A stretch of DNA of 64,000 nucleotides from Chrysomallon squamiferum (GCA_012295275.1 CM022678.1:17546001-17610000); one strand, 5' to 3'; positions 37,633-52,656 are shown, numbered from the stretch's first letter. Notes: generated by a model from the letters alone, not told the origin. Made by a program: numbers and translations.

Positions 37633-40336
37633 AATAAAGTAAAACAAAATAAAATGAGAAAATGAACAAGAGAGACGTAACTATCACTGAATGTTCTAAC
37701 TTACAAATATCACTACGAGCGGGAAAAACGTTTCCTCCGCCTAGTTTCACTGATCAACGTTTACAATGCAATTTACAACAACACGTAACTCACCCGTTCT
37801 TATATCGCCTGCTGCACATATCTTCACGTGAGGCCACATAACGCGTGTTGCACACATCTCCATAACACAACGTCAACACGATCACGCGATCTCACACCCC
37901 ACTTTTATTTCTTTCATTACCCGTAACGGTTTTTTTTTTTTTTTTTTTTTTTTTTGTTTTTTTTTTTTTACAAAGGAGAAATAGTTCTATAGTGTTTGCC
38001 CTTTCACTCTCATTCATACAGGTAAAAAGAAACTTTGGCTATTGAGAAACATTCGATCGTGTAACGTTGTTCGGGTTCACTGGTGTACAGTCGTGAATGT
38101 ATTTATTTATTTTTTCATCGAATGACGAGTTGTTTTTTTTTTTTTTTTTTTTTTTGTTTGTTTTGAAAGCTTGTTGAGATTTTTTTTAACAAAAAAAGCG
38201 AAAGGTTCATTTGAACTGAAAATTTGAACTTGATTTTTACGTATTAAACTTTTTATTTATTTATTTGTTTATTTGTCTATGTCTGTTTGTTTGTTATTGT
38301 GTTGTCTTTATATGTGTCTGCTTGTGTGTACGTGGGCTTTTGTATGTTTGTGAGCATATGCGTGTGTCTCTATGTGTGTTTGTGTGTGTATTCAAAGAAT
38401 TGTGATTTATATTTGTTTATTTTTGAGTCTCTTTGTGTTTAATCTGTCTGCGTGCGTGCGTGTGCGTGTGTGAGTTATGATGTGCGGCTTTAGTTTTGTT
38501 TCACTAATGTCAATATTCATTTTTAGAAAAATTATTCTGAAGTCTGAAGTCATAATAGTTTATTACTTTTAACATTCAGAAGGTGGATGACAATTATTAT
38601 ATTTTCTTGCTTTGTTTTATTATTATTATTATTACTACTACTACTACTATTATAATTATTAATTTTATTTGTTTATTTATTGTTGTTATTTTTTGTTGCT
38701 ATTATTGTTATTGTTGTCGTTATTATTATTCTTGTTATCATAATTATTATTGTTGTTATTATTATTATTATTAATTTTATTTAATTATCTATTGTTATTA
38801 TTTTTTTACCATTATTATTATTATTTTGTTGTTGCTGTTGTTGTTTTTGTTATTATTAATTTTATTATTATTATTTTTATATACGGTCTTTGTTTGTTTA
38901 AATACATATTTAACGTCCCTCCTCATATATCGTTTTTGTATTTATTAAATTCATCAGTAAAACAGGACGAATGTTTAAAAATACGTCTTATCTATTAATT
39001 TAAATAGAAGAAGAAGAAGAAGAAGAAGAAATTTCGAATACTGATTCAATGATTCTGAGAGACTCGATTGTTCTTGAAGTACATATATTTATTTGTATTT
39101 ACTAAAGATAATGTTTGAAGTAGCACAAGAAAGTGGCAGACCTCCTGTTGTTAATAACGTTTTATCTATTCATTTAGAAATATTTGAATACGTGTTTTGT
39201 AATATAAAGTGGTTCTCCTCCTGTTCTTGAAGTACTCGCAGTTATATTTGTTAAAATGAATGCTTAACGCTATCGTGTGAGGTTTAATCACTTTTCTCAG
39301 TAGTTTCACAACAGAATAAACGAAAGATGATGACGAAAGAATATACTCAGTCTGTTATCGCAATTTCACGTTATGAAAAAAAAAAATGGAATAAGCATAT
39401 AATAATAAAAATAAAAATAATATATTGTCCGATTTAAAAATTATTATTATTATCCGATTTAAAAATTATTATTATTATTATATACTTCGGATGGAATTAA
39501 AAAATTAAGCTCTCTCTCTCTGTGTCTCTCTCTCTCTCTCTGTATCTGTCTCTCTATATATATCTCTATCTCTCCGTCTCTCTCTGTCTCGCTCTCTCTC
39601 TCTTTCTCTCCTTCTGAAACGAACAAAAGAAATAATATAAAATCATGTCTTTATTTACATCATTAAACAAAACAAGAAGACTAAAGTAGATAATTGGATA
39701 GTATCAAAATACTTCTGTATGCTTATAAATACAAAACTACAAAAATGTTAAATATTTCAGCGGTTATTATAAATTATAACAGAATAATACAGATCTTAAA
39801 AAGAGTATAAAATAATGGGTAAATTAAACCTCACCACCAGACCCTATTCAATAATTGGATGTTTCATTTGATCATAAATCTGACGTTCTGGTCATGAGAT
39901 GACTTCGTATAAAAAATTAAGCGGATATGTTTGCAACACAACATCAAATAATTGAAGTTATATTACTTTTAAAAGTAGAAATACAAGAGTTTTCATCAGC
40001 ATTTAACCTAAATACAAATTTTCAGCAAAAAAACCGGAATGTTTCGTCCATTTTGTGATTTGTTAAGGAATGATTTCAGAATCTGACAGAACCAAAAGTC
40101 GCTGTGTACCTTTAATAAAGTCTACAAGTAATTACTTTGTTATTGGCAAAGCTTTATCGCCAAAAATAATTTTAAAATAACTTGTATATAAACATGCAGT
40201 GCAATTATAAATATAATTTAGAATTACCTAAAAAAACTGTATATATATTTAGCAAAACATCCAACAGAAAACCCATTGTACAAAAAGCTAAAGAAAATCT
40301 GATACTGATATTCAAACAACTTTCGTTATTACATTA

Positions 40337-40367
<31 letters not shown>

Positions 40368-40521
40368 AATACATAAATATAAAAAAAAGGAAAGAAATCA
40401 AGAAAATAGAAAGTATAAATAAAAAAAGAATAATAAATAAATTAGCTTTGACAAGTATATTAACACTGTAGAAAATAACATATAAAGGCGCTGTCACACA
40501 AACCAAATTACGGATGCGAAA

Positions 40522-41882
40522 TCAGACTGGGCCCAGAGAATTATATCGATTTGGTCGCTCAACTACTGTTAATGTCGTTATTGTTGCTGCTGCTGCTGCT
40601 GCTGCCGACGTTTCATAAGGTGGTGGTAATGAGGTAATGACATCTGGTTTATCACATGGCTGGTGGTATATCGCTCTGTGAATATGCCGTCGTCGTTGTA
40701 GTAGATGTCGAATCAACCTGCGACGTTCCTGGCTGTTGACGACGTGGCTGGCTGTTCTCGGAACAGGATCTTTCGTACGAAGGAGGGGGAGGGGAAGATG
40801 GGGGCGGCAGATTCTGCGGGGGATCAGCGGGCTCGGCATATTCATCACGTGATGCTTCTGGTGTTTGTCTCATTGGCGGTACGGGGCTGGTGAGCCGCAG
40901 CCCACCCTCCAGGCCGCACCCCTGCACGGGAACCAGGAACTCCTGTGAGTGAATTCTTGTTAACTGGTACCCACCCAGGCTGGAGTACGGGGGAGGACTT
41001 TCACCCGGTGTTTCCACGAAGACCGGGTTGAGGATGTCGGGGTGTGGCCGAGGCGTGGCTGCTGGACTCGACCCTGCGTCTTTCTCTCACCCATGTAAAT
41101 GGTATTCGTGATGAACACACTGTTGTTGTGGCTGTTCACGACAGCTGGCTCTGCTGATGGCGATGATGGTGATGCCGACGATGATGATGATTTCTTGTGA
41201 CAAGGACAGTAAACGCAACATCCAATGACCATCATTATGACAGCTCCAAACATGAGTCCACCAATTATCGAGATGATTGGAATGACTACAGAAATAAAAC
41301 AATGATACTGTGGGACAAAGAAAGAAAGTTGTATTTAGGAATGAATAGACTCTGCACGTAGATAATACTCGGTAACGCACCGGCGCAGCAGGACAAAGTC
41401 AAATCAGGATCTCACAGATACCGTCAAGTGGATGGATGCACGTATGTATGTTTGTGTGAACTAATGTATGTGTATCTGTATGTAAAGTGAAAAGTAGATA
41501 AACAGATAAACTGTACAAACAAAGTAAGTGATAGGAGACAAACTTACGAACGTCGGAATCTTCTGTTACACGAGCGTCAGGAACTTCTGTTAGACCAGGG
41601 TTAGGAAATGTTGGTAGACGAATGTCAGGAAATGTTGGTAGACGAATGTCAGGAAATGTTGGTAGACGAATGTCAGGAAATGCTGGTACGAATGTGAGGA
41701 TATGTTGGTAGACGAATGTCAGGAACTTCTGGTAGACGATAACCTGCCACTGCTTTGTACTCGACACGAAAGAATGAAAGTCTTTCTGTGACAAGTCTGA
41801 CGTACATGTATTTCTGAGTGCTCAAGAAAACGTCTCCTTCACAGGCATCGCCAATTTTGCGAGACTTTTCATCAAATCCTGC

Positions 41883-41916
<34 letters not shown>

Positions 41917-42991
41917 AATAAGAACCCAGGTATAATTAAAAAAGGAGTTAGTGTATTGATGCAAATGATGATAGTGGTGGTTCTAATTGAAGTTATGTTG
42001 TTACTTATGTTGGTAGTAGTGGAAATGATGATAGTGATGGTGGTAATGGTAAGTATTCTGGTAGTAATGGAAATGGTGATGGTGGTGGTGGTAATGCTAG
42101 TTATAATGGTAGTTATAATGGTAGTAATGCTGGTAGTAATGGAAATGATGATAATTGTGGAGGTAATGGTAGATATGCTGATATTGAGATAGTAACTGTT
42201 GTTATCGTTGTTGTAGTGGTGGTAATAATAATGGTGAAAGCTGTGTTTGTGGTATTGTAGTTGTAGAGGTAGTGATTGTGACTGTAGTAGAAGTGATGAT
42301 GACAAAATGACAATAATAATGATGACCTCACTGACGATGATGACTGTTGTGGCTACAGTGTTAAACTCAATATGTCATCTGCGTTAGTGAATGAAATGAA
42401 AATTGTGAAAGCAGTGATGATGATGATAATGATTATGACTATGTGAATGATGGTGACGATGATGATGATAATGATGCTGAAAATAACTTTGATAATGACG
42501 ACCACCTTTACGATAACGATGATGTAACCGACGATTGTGATGATGATGATGATAAAGGAATCACGATAATAAAAGCTTCAATACACACAATATAGCGGAA
42601 AGACAAAAGCTCATATAGAGGAGAAACAGAACACATAAAAGAAAAACAAAATAACAACAATGAAAGGATAACGTCAACGTTAAGAAATGATTCACATACC
42701 GTCAAAGAAGTCAATGTGGGTGTCACCACACAGAGAAGAACTACTCGGATTGTTGTTGACAACTGTAACGTGGACGACGTGATTTGGCTGCTCCGCCGAA
42801 ATTCGCCACGTCAAGTGTCTGGATGTATAAACAAAATGAATTTGTGTGAACCGACATTTGTAATAAGTATTAAACTTACAAAACAAAGTAACAGATGAAT
42901 TATGTCTTAGCAGGGAGACCAGTAGACACAGTGAATAAAGAATCATTTATAGATCAGGCAGTTGGTTATTCTTACAGAGACAGACAGATAC

Positions 42992-43088
<97 letters not shown>

Positions 43089-43878
43089 TTCAGAACCAAC
43101 TCTCTAGAGGGCAACCAATTGCACATTTGTACACAGACAAACAGAAACACAGTCAGACAGACAAACACAGACAGACAGACAGATGTTAAGTAAATCTCTT
43201 CATTAAAGGAAGTTAAAAAGAAAAGTATTATTTGTAACTCACACTGGTAAACCGATCAGATTTTCAGGTATCGTAAAAACCGATGTAACCTTTGCTGCCT
43301 TCAACTCTTTCACTGAACAAACACAACATAGGAGACAGTTTTATTTATGGTCAATACTTATGACATCGACAAACTCTGTAGTGATGGAATAAAAACGTTT
43401 AATCTACCAACAACCAATAATAACGATAATAATAAACAAATAAATAAATATAATTAATAAATAAATAAAATAAATAAATAAATAAATAAATTATAATTAA
43501 CAACAAAACAAAAACAAGAATAATAATAAGAGTTATAAAAATAATAACGACAATAATGATAATAACAACAACAATAAAGGTACTAATAATAATAATAGCA
43601 AAAATAATAATATTATTAGTAATAATAATAACAATAATAACTACGACGACAGCAATAGTAATGTTAAAAAAGTAATGATAATAGTACTAATAATAACATT
43701 ACCAAGACTACTACTAATAATAATAAAAATAACAATAAATAATAATAATAGCAACAATAATAATGTTAATAATAAACAATAATCACAATAATCAGAGCAA
43801 CAAAAGCAATAAAAATAACAATAATGACGATATGATAGTTGTAATAAGACTATCAACAGTATTATCTATTATATTTAT

Positions 43879-43915
<37 letters not shown>

Positions 43916-44475
43916 GCTCCACTGCTGCCGCCGCAACTATTACTACTACTACAACTTATTCTGTTACTGCACCTACCACTACTACTGTTACTACAACTAC
44001 CACTACTACTGTTACTACTACTACTACTTCTGTTACTACTAATAATACTACAACTAGTCACTACTACCTCTACTAGCAGTACTACTGTTACTACTCCACT
44101 ACTACCATCACCCCTGTGGTTAAAACTTACGCCGTACTTGTGTATATCTTTAGGAAAAAGCCGTTGTCCTCCACGGTGCTGTCAGAAGTAAAGTTAATAC
44201 TTAGTGTGTTGCCAGTGCTTTGAACATTCAGTGAGTGTCGTACACCGCAAAGAACGAGCGGGTCACGTGCTGAAATAAAAACACAAAACAACTTTCTGTA
44301 AATCTCACCTTATATAATAATATATACTGTTACATATGTATGCTTTTATCTATAATATATATAAAACAGATAGATATAGATATAGATATAAACAGATACA
44401 GACAGATAAATAGAAAAATAAATAGATACACACGTATTATATACACATACACACATGTACATACATACGTACTTT

Positions 44476-44511
<36 letters not shown>

Positions 44512-45063
44512 TACACAGTCACACATATACACACATACTTGGTATTGTATGATGTGTTATGACACAGTACAATATTACACGCTACAATACGGGGTAGAGT
44601 ACTGTGGTTTAGTGTAGTTTTAGACGTTATGGTCACACAAATACACGCACACACCCACATGCAGACATATGTATATAACGATCACAGGCAAACAAACATG
44701 GGAATGTACACACACGCACAAAACTTACCAGTGCCTTTAAAAGTGACTCTGTCATAATCACAGTCAGATTCAGATTCTATCTGAAGGTTGACTACTTTAG
44801 CTAGTACAACCGAGCCAGAATCGATTGCTCTGACCTCCCAGTGACAGAAAATATCGCTAGAAGTAACGAAGTAATAATAAAGTAGTTAACAAAATACATA
44901 TAATTATATCTGGATAATTTCCAACTGTATGTAGTGCTTGTAGTGAAATACTGTTTGTGAACAGTGATGTATGTATACACGTATATGTGTGTGTATGTAT
45001 GTCTATGGGTGTGTGTGTGTGTGTGTATATATATATGTATGTCTATCGGTGTGTATGTGTGTA

Positions 45064-45096
<33 letters not shown>

Positions 45097-45251
45097 GCAC
45101 ATATTTGTCTCTGTTTCTACATGTATGTATGTAGGCGTATATATCATGTTATTTCAATACATTTTTAACTGCATTAAGATTCTAAGATTTTTTAACATTT
45201 ATTTTCTTTCTTTTCTTTATTGTTATATTTTTATCATTTATTATTATTTTT

Positions 45252-45283
<32 letters not shown>

Positions 45284-46527
45284 TATTTATTTATATATTT
45301 TATTAATTATTATTATTTATTTTTATAATTTGTGTCCTTTAATCAGGTTTTCAGTTTTCTTATTTTTTTCCTTTATTTGTATATATACCGTTTTCCTATC
45401 CTTCCACTTACTTAGGATATTTTACAGGATATCCTGGTGAGTATATATACACGGACGATCCTGGATATACAAGCACAGGAGGTCGCCATTTTTCTTTGTT
45501 ACAGTATAGAAGTCCTAGAAAAAAAATTCGTATTTGAAATGTTTAAAAATTCAGTAAAGAAAGATAAATAAAAATCTAGTTGATATATATACAGAAACAC
45601 AGATATATATATATATATATATATATACATTTTCTCTTACATTAATTAACATGGACCAAGAGGAACGATAACTCGTAAAGGCAAAATAACGTCACCGGGA
45701 AAAATACCTCTAGAATTTAATGTGTGCACAAAAATGAACCAGTATGAGAAGTTTGATTAAGTTGAAAAAGTAGTTTGAAAAGGCGCTTGACATTATGGTT
45801 TCGTAAATGAACAACCATCCTTATCTTTATCAGTGTAAATCATAAAAATTCTGAAAATAGACGCAAACTAATTGAATTTGGAAGTGTAAAAGCTTCCGTG
45901 ATCTCACGGACGGACATGGCTTCGAATCGAAAAACGTTTAAAAAGATGGCATCAATTCTACATGGATTTTAAAAGTAATTTCGTCAGTCAAAAAAAAAGT
46001 AATAAAATAATAATAAAATAATAATAAAATAAAATAAAGTAAATAAATTTCACAGACACTGGCGCGTGAATATGAAGATAACTGTTCTCATTATGTATCA
46101 TAATGTGGACACGTTTCTCTGCTAAAACTCCATAGCAGACAGTTCTGAGTACGTAGTTATAAAACTATACTTTATAATTCTTCCTTTTTGATATATTTAT
46201 TTCCATTAGAAGTCGCATTTACATGTAAAAAGAAAATTGATCACGTGTTATTTCAATGATTGCGTTGATACCCAGATACATTCATTATAACGCTTGATGT
46301 AGTTTTACAACAGAAAATAAAAAATAAAAATATAAACATAAAAAAAATCAAAGTTCCGTTAACAGGCCGTATCAAAAAAAATTAGTTAAACATTAAATTT
46401 TCACTCTTTTTCGTTAAAACAAAAAACACTCAACTTCTAAAACAATGAGTTTCCTATTTTTATTTTTTTTAAATCATTGTTCCATGCAACTACATTAATC
46501 TTTATTATTATTGTTCTTACTGTCCTT

Positions 46528-46558
<31 letters not shown>

Positions 46559-48078
46559 TTATTATTATCATTATTATTATTATTAATATCATCATCATCA
46601 CCTTATTTTCCAACATACCGTTGTTATGTAGTTCATGGTGTGACACTCTAATCTTGAAAGTTTCGCCTGGTCGCCAGTTATAAGCCTTGAATTCGATAGT
46701 GACATCTGTGAGCACTTCGACTGTAGCAGACGATATTTTCCCGCACCACCGACCAGCGGAGACAGTTCGTGAGATAAACTGATTAGAAGCTGATTATGAT
46801 AAAGAGAGAACTGGATTTCATTTCAGCAATTCACTTAGATAAATTAATCGTAACAAACTATAACGATGAGAGATTTGATTTTAAAAGATAATCGAAGCAA
46901 CAGAAGAATGACTGAAGAAAGGATGGAAAGAAGGAAGGAATGAAAAAATAAATAAATAAGGAATTGCTGTTTCGCTCAGTTTCGACATATTTCAATGTTT
47001 TCGTTCACTACATCCATAACTGTTTTCTTTCAAGGGAGAGATAGTGGTGCGTGTGTCCTTTTTGTGTGTGTGTGTGTGTGTCTGTGACTGTGTTTGTGTG
47101 TGTGTATGTGTGTAATATATCTATAATATAAAAATCCCACCAAAATGTGATGTATATGGTGGGATCTTTTTTTTTTTTTTTTTAGTATTATTATCTTTTT
47201 TTTTTTTTTTTTTTTTTAAGTATAATAATATTTAGAAATGAAATAAGATGACTCTCGTCTATCTTCCTTCCAGGGATGTTTCTTATTGTTTAGACAGATC
47301 ATCATCTGAGTATCAAAGTGTCTTTGACAATCAAAACATGCAACTCTGACGTGTACATAAATACAACACACGCACAGCATGCGCCCTTCTGTGTATAATT
47401 TCTACAGATATGAAAACACCCTAAAACACGCACACACACACATACGTATAAAAATACACGGAACAGCAGTAAGAACAGCGACAGCAACACTTACCCGATA
47501 AAATCTCAACATACGACGTGTTTCCCGAGTAACAGTCACCGGAATCACCGTAGAGGTCAAAGTTTATGATTTCAACCCTGATGACGTCTTTAAAGTTGTA
47601 AAACCACCATGAGCAACTTTCCCTTCAAAAAACAACGAACATATAAGGCGCACTGGTTAGAACGGTAAATAGTTTGTTGGTAGCACAAATAAATAAACAA
47701 TGTCTTCGAGGCATCGAGCTCTAACAACGAATCCGAAAAATAAGAAAGTAATTATACATACACACGAATACAGGCACACACAGACATACACATAGAGACA
47801 CACATATACGCACATACACCCACACACATACACAACCATATATAAAGTGAAATTTTCGCTTTACCGATATCAATATTATCGATAACGTTACAGATAAACA
47901 CAAAATAAAATTTTAGGACTAAATATATGTGAAACATAAAATAAAGGATTACTAACCTGATAGCCATAATCTACATAAAACACATGCGTTAAATTTTGGA
48001 CGGAATACTAAAATTGCACTCATATAAACACTCACATATGCACACAAATAAAGGCGCGCGCGCACACACACACGCACG

Positions 48079-48151
<73 letters not shown>

Positions 48152-48339
48152 TTCATAATACTTTTTGATTTGTATACCTGCTGTTTTCATGTAACGGAAA
48201 AGAATAATCTATGATGACGTTATTTCCTAATTTAGATGGGTCTGAACAATAAGACCAAACTGAAAAATAAATAAATAATAAACCGAACGAAAAAATTTAT
48301 TAAAAAAGCACATGATTAGATACATATATATTCATATTC

Positions 48340-48413
<74 letters not shown>

Positions 48414-48613
48414 TATCGTAATTTTCTTCCTTCGAGTTTAAATTCCAAATTTACACCAGTCATCATCATACATAAAATAAATAAATTAAATAAATTAAAA
48501 AATAAACAAACAAACAAATAAATAAATAAATAAATAATAGTTTTTTCATCATATTGTATCAGATATCCGATGTGAAAAGATAACTTGCATGATTTCAAAT
48601 AAAACAGATTTAA

Positions 48614-48667
<54 letters not shown>

Positions 48668-48802
48668 GTTATTAATATAATTGTTGTTGTTGCTGCTGTT
48701 GTTATTATCATCATCATTACTATTATTACAATTTGTTACATTATTATTATTAGTAGTAGTAGTAGTAGTAGTATTGTTCTTGTTATTTGTTGTTATTATT
48801 GC

Positions 48803-48853
<51 letters not shown>

Positions 48854-51695
48854 TGCTACTACTACTACTACTACTATTATTAATACTATTATTATTGTTA
48901 TCATCATTATCATTATTGTTATTAATATCATTATCATTATCATCATCATTATTATTACTTTTATTATTTCGGATGCTGGTTTTTGTTTCTTTTCAAAATA
49001 TCTATTAGTAAACGCGTCATATTCAAAAATAGTAAAATATACCAGAAGTCTGTGCGCGTTTCACCATTGTTGTCTTATTCGGTTTTCTTCTTTCTTTTTC
49101 TTTTTTTCTTTTCTTTTTTCCCTCACCTTACTCATTATTAAACACGCACTATTTTAATAATGATATCGTTAGCTCTCCGGCATAATGTAATCACATTTGT
49201 GGCGGTTTCTCTAAAAACAGATTTGGACTCGTGACCAATTAAAAACTGCGTTACATTGTGTTTTGTTGTTAAGTTTATTATTAACGATGACAAAGCGAGG
49301 ATTTGAGAGACACAACTTTCTGTTTTTTAACGTAATAATTTATGTGCATAACTGGTAGAAAGTGGGCTCTCTTAATGACTTTTCTTACAATGAACAGATT
49401 TTATTTATGTTCATTTACTTGTTATGCCTGTATGACGCATTCAGTGTTTGTGGTATTTTCTTCAATCTGTTTATTATTTATTATTTGTAAAGAAATCAAT
49501 ATTACGATATGAATATAAATACGCTTAGTCTGAAATCATTCATTGCTCGTTTTTATTATTATTATTATTATTATCAAATTCTTTTTTTTCTTTTCTTTTT
49601 TTTTCACCTAAATATAAGACATTCATAAATATTCTGAAAGGTGAACAAAATAACACAAATACATTTGAATTAATCTTTGAATTTCACTTTAAGTAAACGC
49701 TATGACCTCTTGTTCCGACGAAACACAAAATAAGGTCAAAGATATTGCGAAATACCCGTAGACAGATACCGAATGTAACAGACGCTTTGTTGAATAAATA
49801 CAACTATACTCTCCAAAAAAGAAACGCAAAATGGTTGACACATATGAATATGATGAAAAACTATGAATATGATGACATCTGGTGATTCAAACGTATAGCT
49901 TTAGTTACAGTCGCCAAAAAGCAGGTAACACAAAATAAAGGCTATGATCGTGTTTGTTAGGCAAAACGACCCCGCATGCAAACCACGTTACCAGTGCATG
50001 TGCACGTGCGGCACATGGAATTTGAATACGAGGGTTATAAAAATGCAAGGCTTTCGAATACTTCTGTTCGTTATTTTTGTTCTGACCAAACATCAAACAA
50101 ATGCCACGACTGAGTGAACCACAACGAAACAACGCCATTGGCCGTTTGCAAGCTGGCGAATCCTTCTCGGCCGTAGCCCGGATGTTCCATGTATCCCCAA
50201 GCACCATCTTGTGAATGTGGTATCGGTTCCACCAAAACCAAACAACACGTGACCGTCCCAGATCAGGTAGACCACGTGTAACCACCAGGGTCCAAGACTG
50301 CTAAATACGGGTACTTCATCTACGGGAAAGAACCATAACGGCAACCTCTACTGCGTCAGCAATACCAGGTCTGTGTAGAATATCGGCTCAGACAGTGCTA
50401 AATCGTTTACACGAGGCAGGTATTCGAGCCAGACGGCCTGTAAGAAGAGTGGTTTTGACTCAACAGCATCGTCGACGTCAGTGGTGTCAAGTACACAGAG
50501 CCTGGTATCAGTTACGATGTAGAACTGTCTGGTTTAGTGACGAAGCTGGATTTCTGCTTCGTCGAGCTGATGGAAGATGTCGAGTTTACAGACGTCGTGG
50601 TGAACGTTTTGCTGCAAACTGCATACAGGAAGCGGACAGATTTGGCGGAGGTAGTGTGATGGTGTGGGCAGCAATCTCATACACTGGCAGGACCAACCTG
50701 GTTCACATCCAAGGCAACTTAACGGCACAGAGATACCGAGATGAAATTTTGCAGCCACATGTAGCTCCAATTATGAATAATAGTGACGCTGTATTCCAGC
50801 TCGCGAATGCGAGACCACATAGAGCCAGACTCACAACAGCGTACCTACACAACAATAACATTCAGGATCTGCCCTGGCCCTCTTAATCTCCGGATTTGAA
50901 CCCTACATAGCATTTATGGGACGAGTTGGATAGACGACTGAGGCAGCATCAACCACAGCCACAGAATCGTGCTCAGTTGGATTTATTACTACAGACAGAG
51001 TGGGCCACCATTCGACAAGATTAAATTCGTAATGTCAGTACTGCCATGGGAAGGAGATGTCAGGCAGTTCTCGACTCCCATGGTGGGCACACAAGGTATT
51101 GATATTATACTTTAACGTTTTCAATACAATATCATCAATATTAATGAATTGCGAAAGTGTGTGTAAAATGTGAACATTCTGCTGCATTCTGTTGATCCAT
51201 TAGATAGATATTCCCAATGTCAATAAAAGCTACTTTTGCGTTTCTTTTTTGTTATATTTCATTCTAACAAGAACTCGGGAATTTAGTAGCACAGAGATTT
51301 AGGAATTTCTTCGCAAACGTTTAGCTAGAAATTCAGTTTAAAAATAATTCGTACTTGACTACGTAATTATAAAAGAACGACCAACAACAACAACAACAAC
51401 AGCAACAACAACAACAGCAAACACAATAATAATCATAACAATAATAATAAAAATGTTAACAACTGTAATGATAAAAACAACAACAACAATAATAAGCTGA
51501 TTTCGTTGTACACCGACTTAAAAGTTAATCTATAAACGTAATTTATTAGCTGTAATTTTAAATTAATTGTTATCACAGTGGTTCATCACCTGACAGCGCA
51601 ACATCTTTAAACAACCAGTGATTGAACTCACCTGATCTGGGTGCGATTAAAACAACAGCGATGGCCACGAAGAGGACGGAATACGCACCCATCAT
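40522..51695 (-). CDS. Type I membrane protein: signal peptide, three CUB-like domains, TM helix, PPxY-rich cytoplasmic tail (apparent frameshifts)
   Basis: Exons 51695-51632 ([19 protein letters not shown] signal), 48259-48178, 47622-47495 ([20 protein letters not shown]), 46789-46619 (GRWCG), 45514-45412 ([11 protein letters not shown]), 44856-44729 (CHWEV..CDYDRV), 44269-44138 or 44131 ([19 protein letters not shown]), 43312-43243, 42818-42700, 41878-41744 or 41548, and 41285 onward ([25 protein letters not shown]; SPPPY, PPPSY, LPPPY). A repeating 1-2/2-1/1-1 intron-phase pattern recurs per CUB domain. Confidence 0.82.
41560..41740 (-). repeat. 24-bp tandem repeat encoding PDIRLPTF (juxtamembrane stalk or intronic)
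   Basis: cctgacattcgtctaccaacattt, about 7 copies; one copy lacks 2 bp near 41688. Confidence 0.9.
49807..51251 (+). mobile_element. Tc1/mariner (Tc1-like) DNA transposon, inactive, in intron 1 of the CUB gene on the opposite strand
   Basis: Left TIR TA|tactctccaaaaaagaaacgcaaaa and a partial right TIR ttttgcgtttcttttttg. Transposase remnant 50101-51102: [14 protein letters not shown] (HTH), [22 protein letters not shown] (catalytic D lost), WPS*SPDLNP, GGHTRY*, with stops and frameshifts. Confidence 0.95.
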
Positions 51696-51981
51696 TTAAA
51701 GCGAAAAAAACTAAATATTTATCCTGCCTAGTAGTTTTCGCTCCTTTGTCGCTCGTTGTGAGAATTAACTACATTACTTGTGTGTTGAGTGAAGTAAAAT
51801 ATTCAACTTCCTCGTAAAGACGAAAAGAAAATAGTTGTATTTCTAGTCAAGCGGTTACTGTATTGTCGTTGTGCTGTTCTAAAAACGGATTATAAATTTC
51901 GTAACCGAGTTGTCTGACAGGTATTGCGCTGATCAGTGAGTCACGTGTGTAGTAATGATTTAAACTTATTTATTTACTTGT

Positions 51982-52012
<31 letters not shown>

Positions 52013-52656
52013 TTTTTGATAATGAAACGGGCGAGAAGAAACGCACTGCTGTCGAAATAATAATTATTGCTGAATGTAAGCGATACTAAAATATTGCAAT
52101 CTTTGGAACACACCTCTGAATTGGAAAACAGTCCATTTAAATGTAATAATAATAATAATAATAACAATAATAATAATAATAACAGCAGTAGTAGTGTTAG
52201 TAAAAGCTTTTGCTTTTGGTAAATTTTAAATAATTTTTCTCCCCTTTCTATCAATCAACCTTACCTTTTTCCGTTCCAGCCAGTGCTCGATATCACAACG
52301 TAAAAATAAGAGTGAGATTTACTAATCAAAGGAATTATAAAACACTGAACTGAATTAAAAGATGTACCATTAACTGTGTAACCGTATTTATAAAGTAAAA
52401 ATAATTTTAGAAAAACAAAAAAACATTCGCCTGATTGAAGTCCGCTGTGTTGATTTCGTGGAACTACGCTGAAGACGACGTGTACAGAATCAACCTTGGC
52501 TCGAGAATGAGACGGCGTAGTTCAAGTTGCAGCTGTCACAGTGAGGATGGCGTCTTGTCCTCCGTTACGGGTTTCATATTTAATAAATAAAATTTAACAA
52601 ACACCCAATCACCTATCACGAGCCAATTTGGACGCCACTCCACAATGGAGTCAGTT

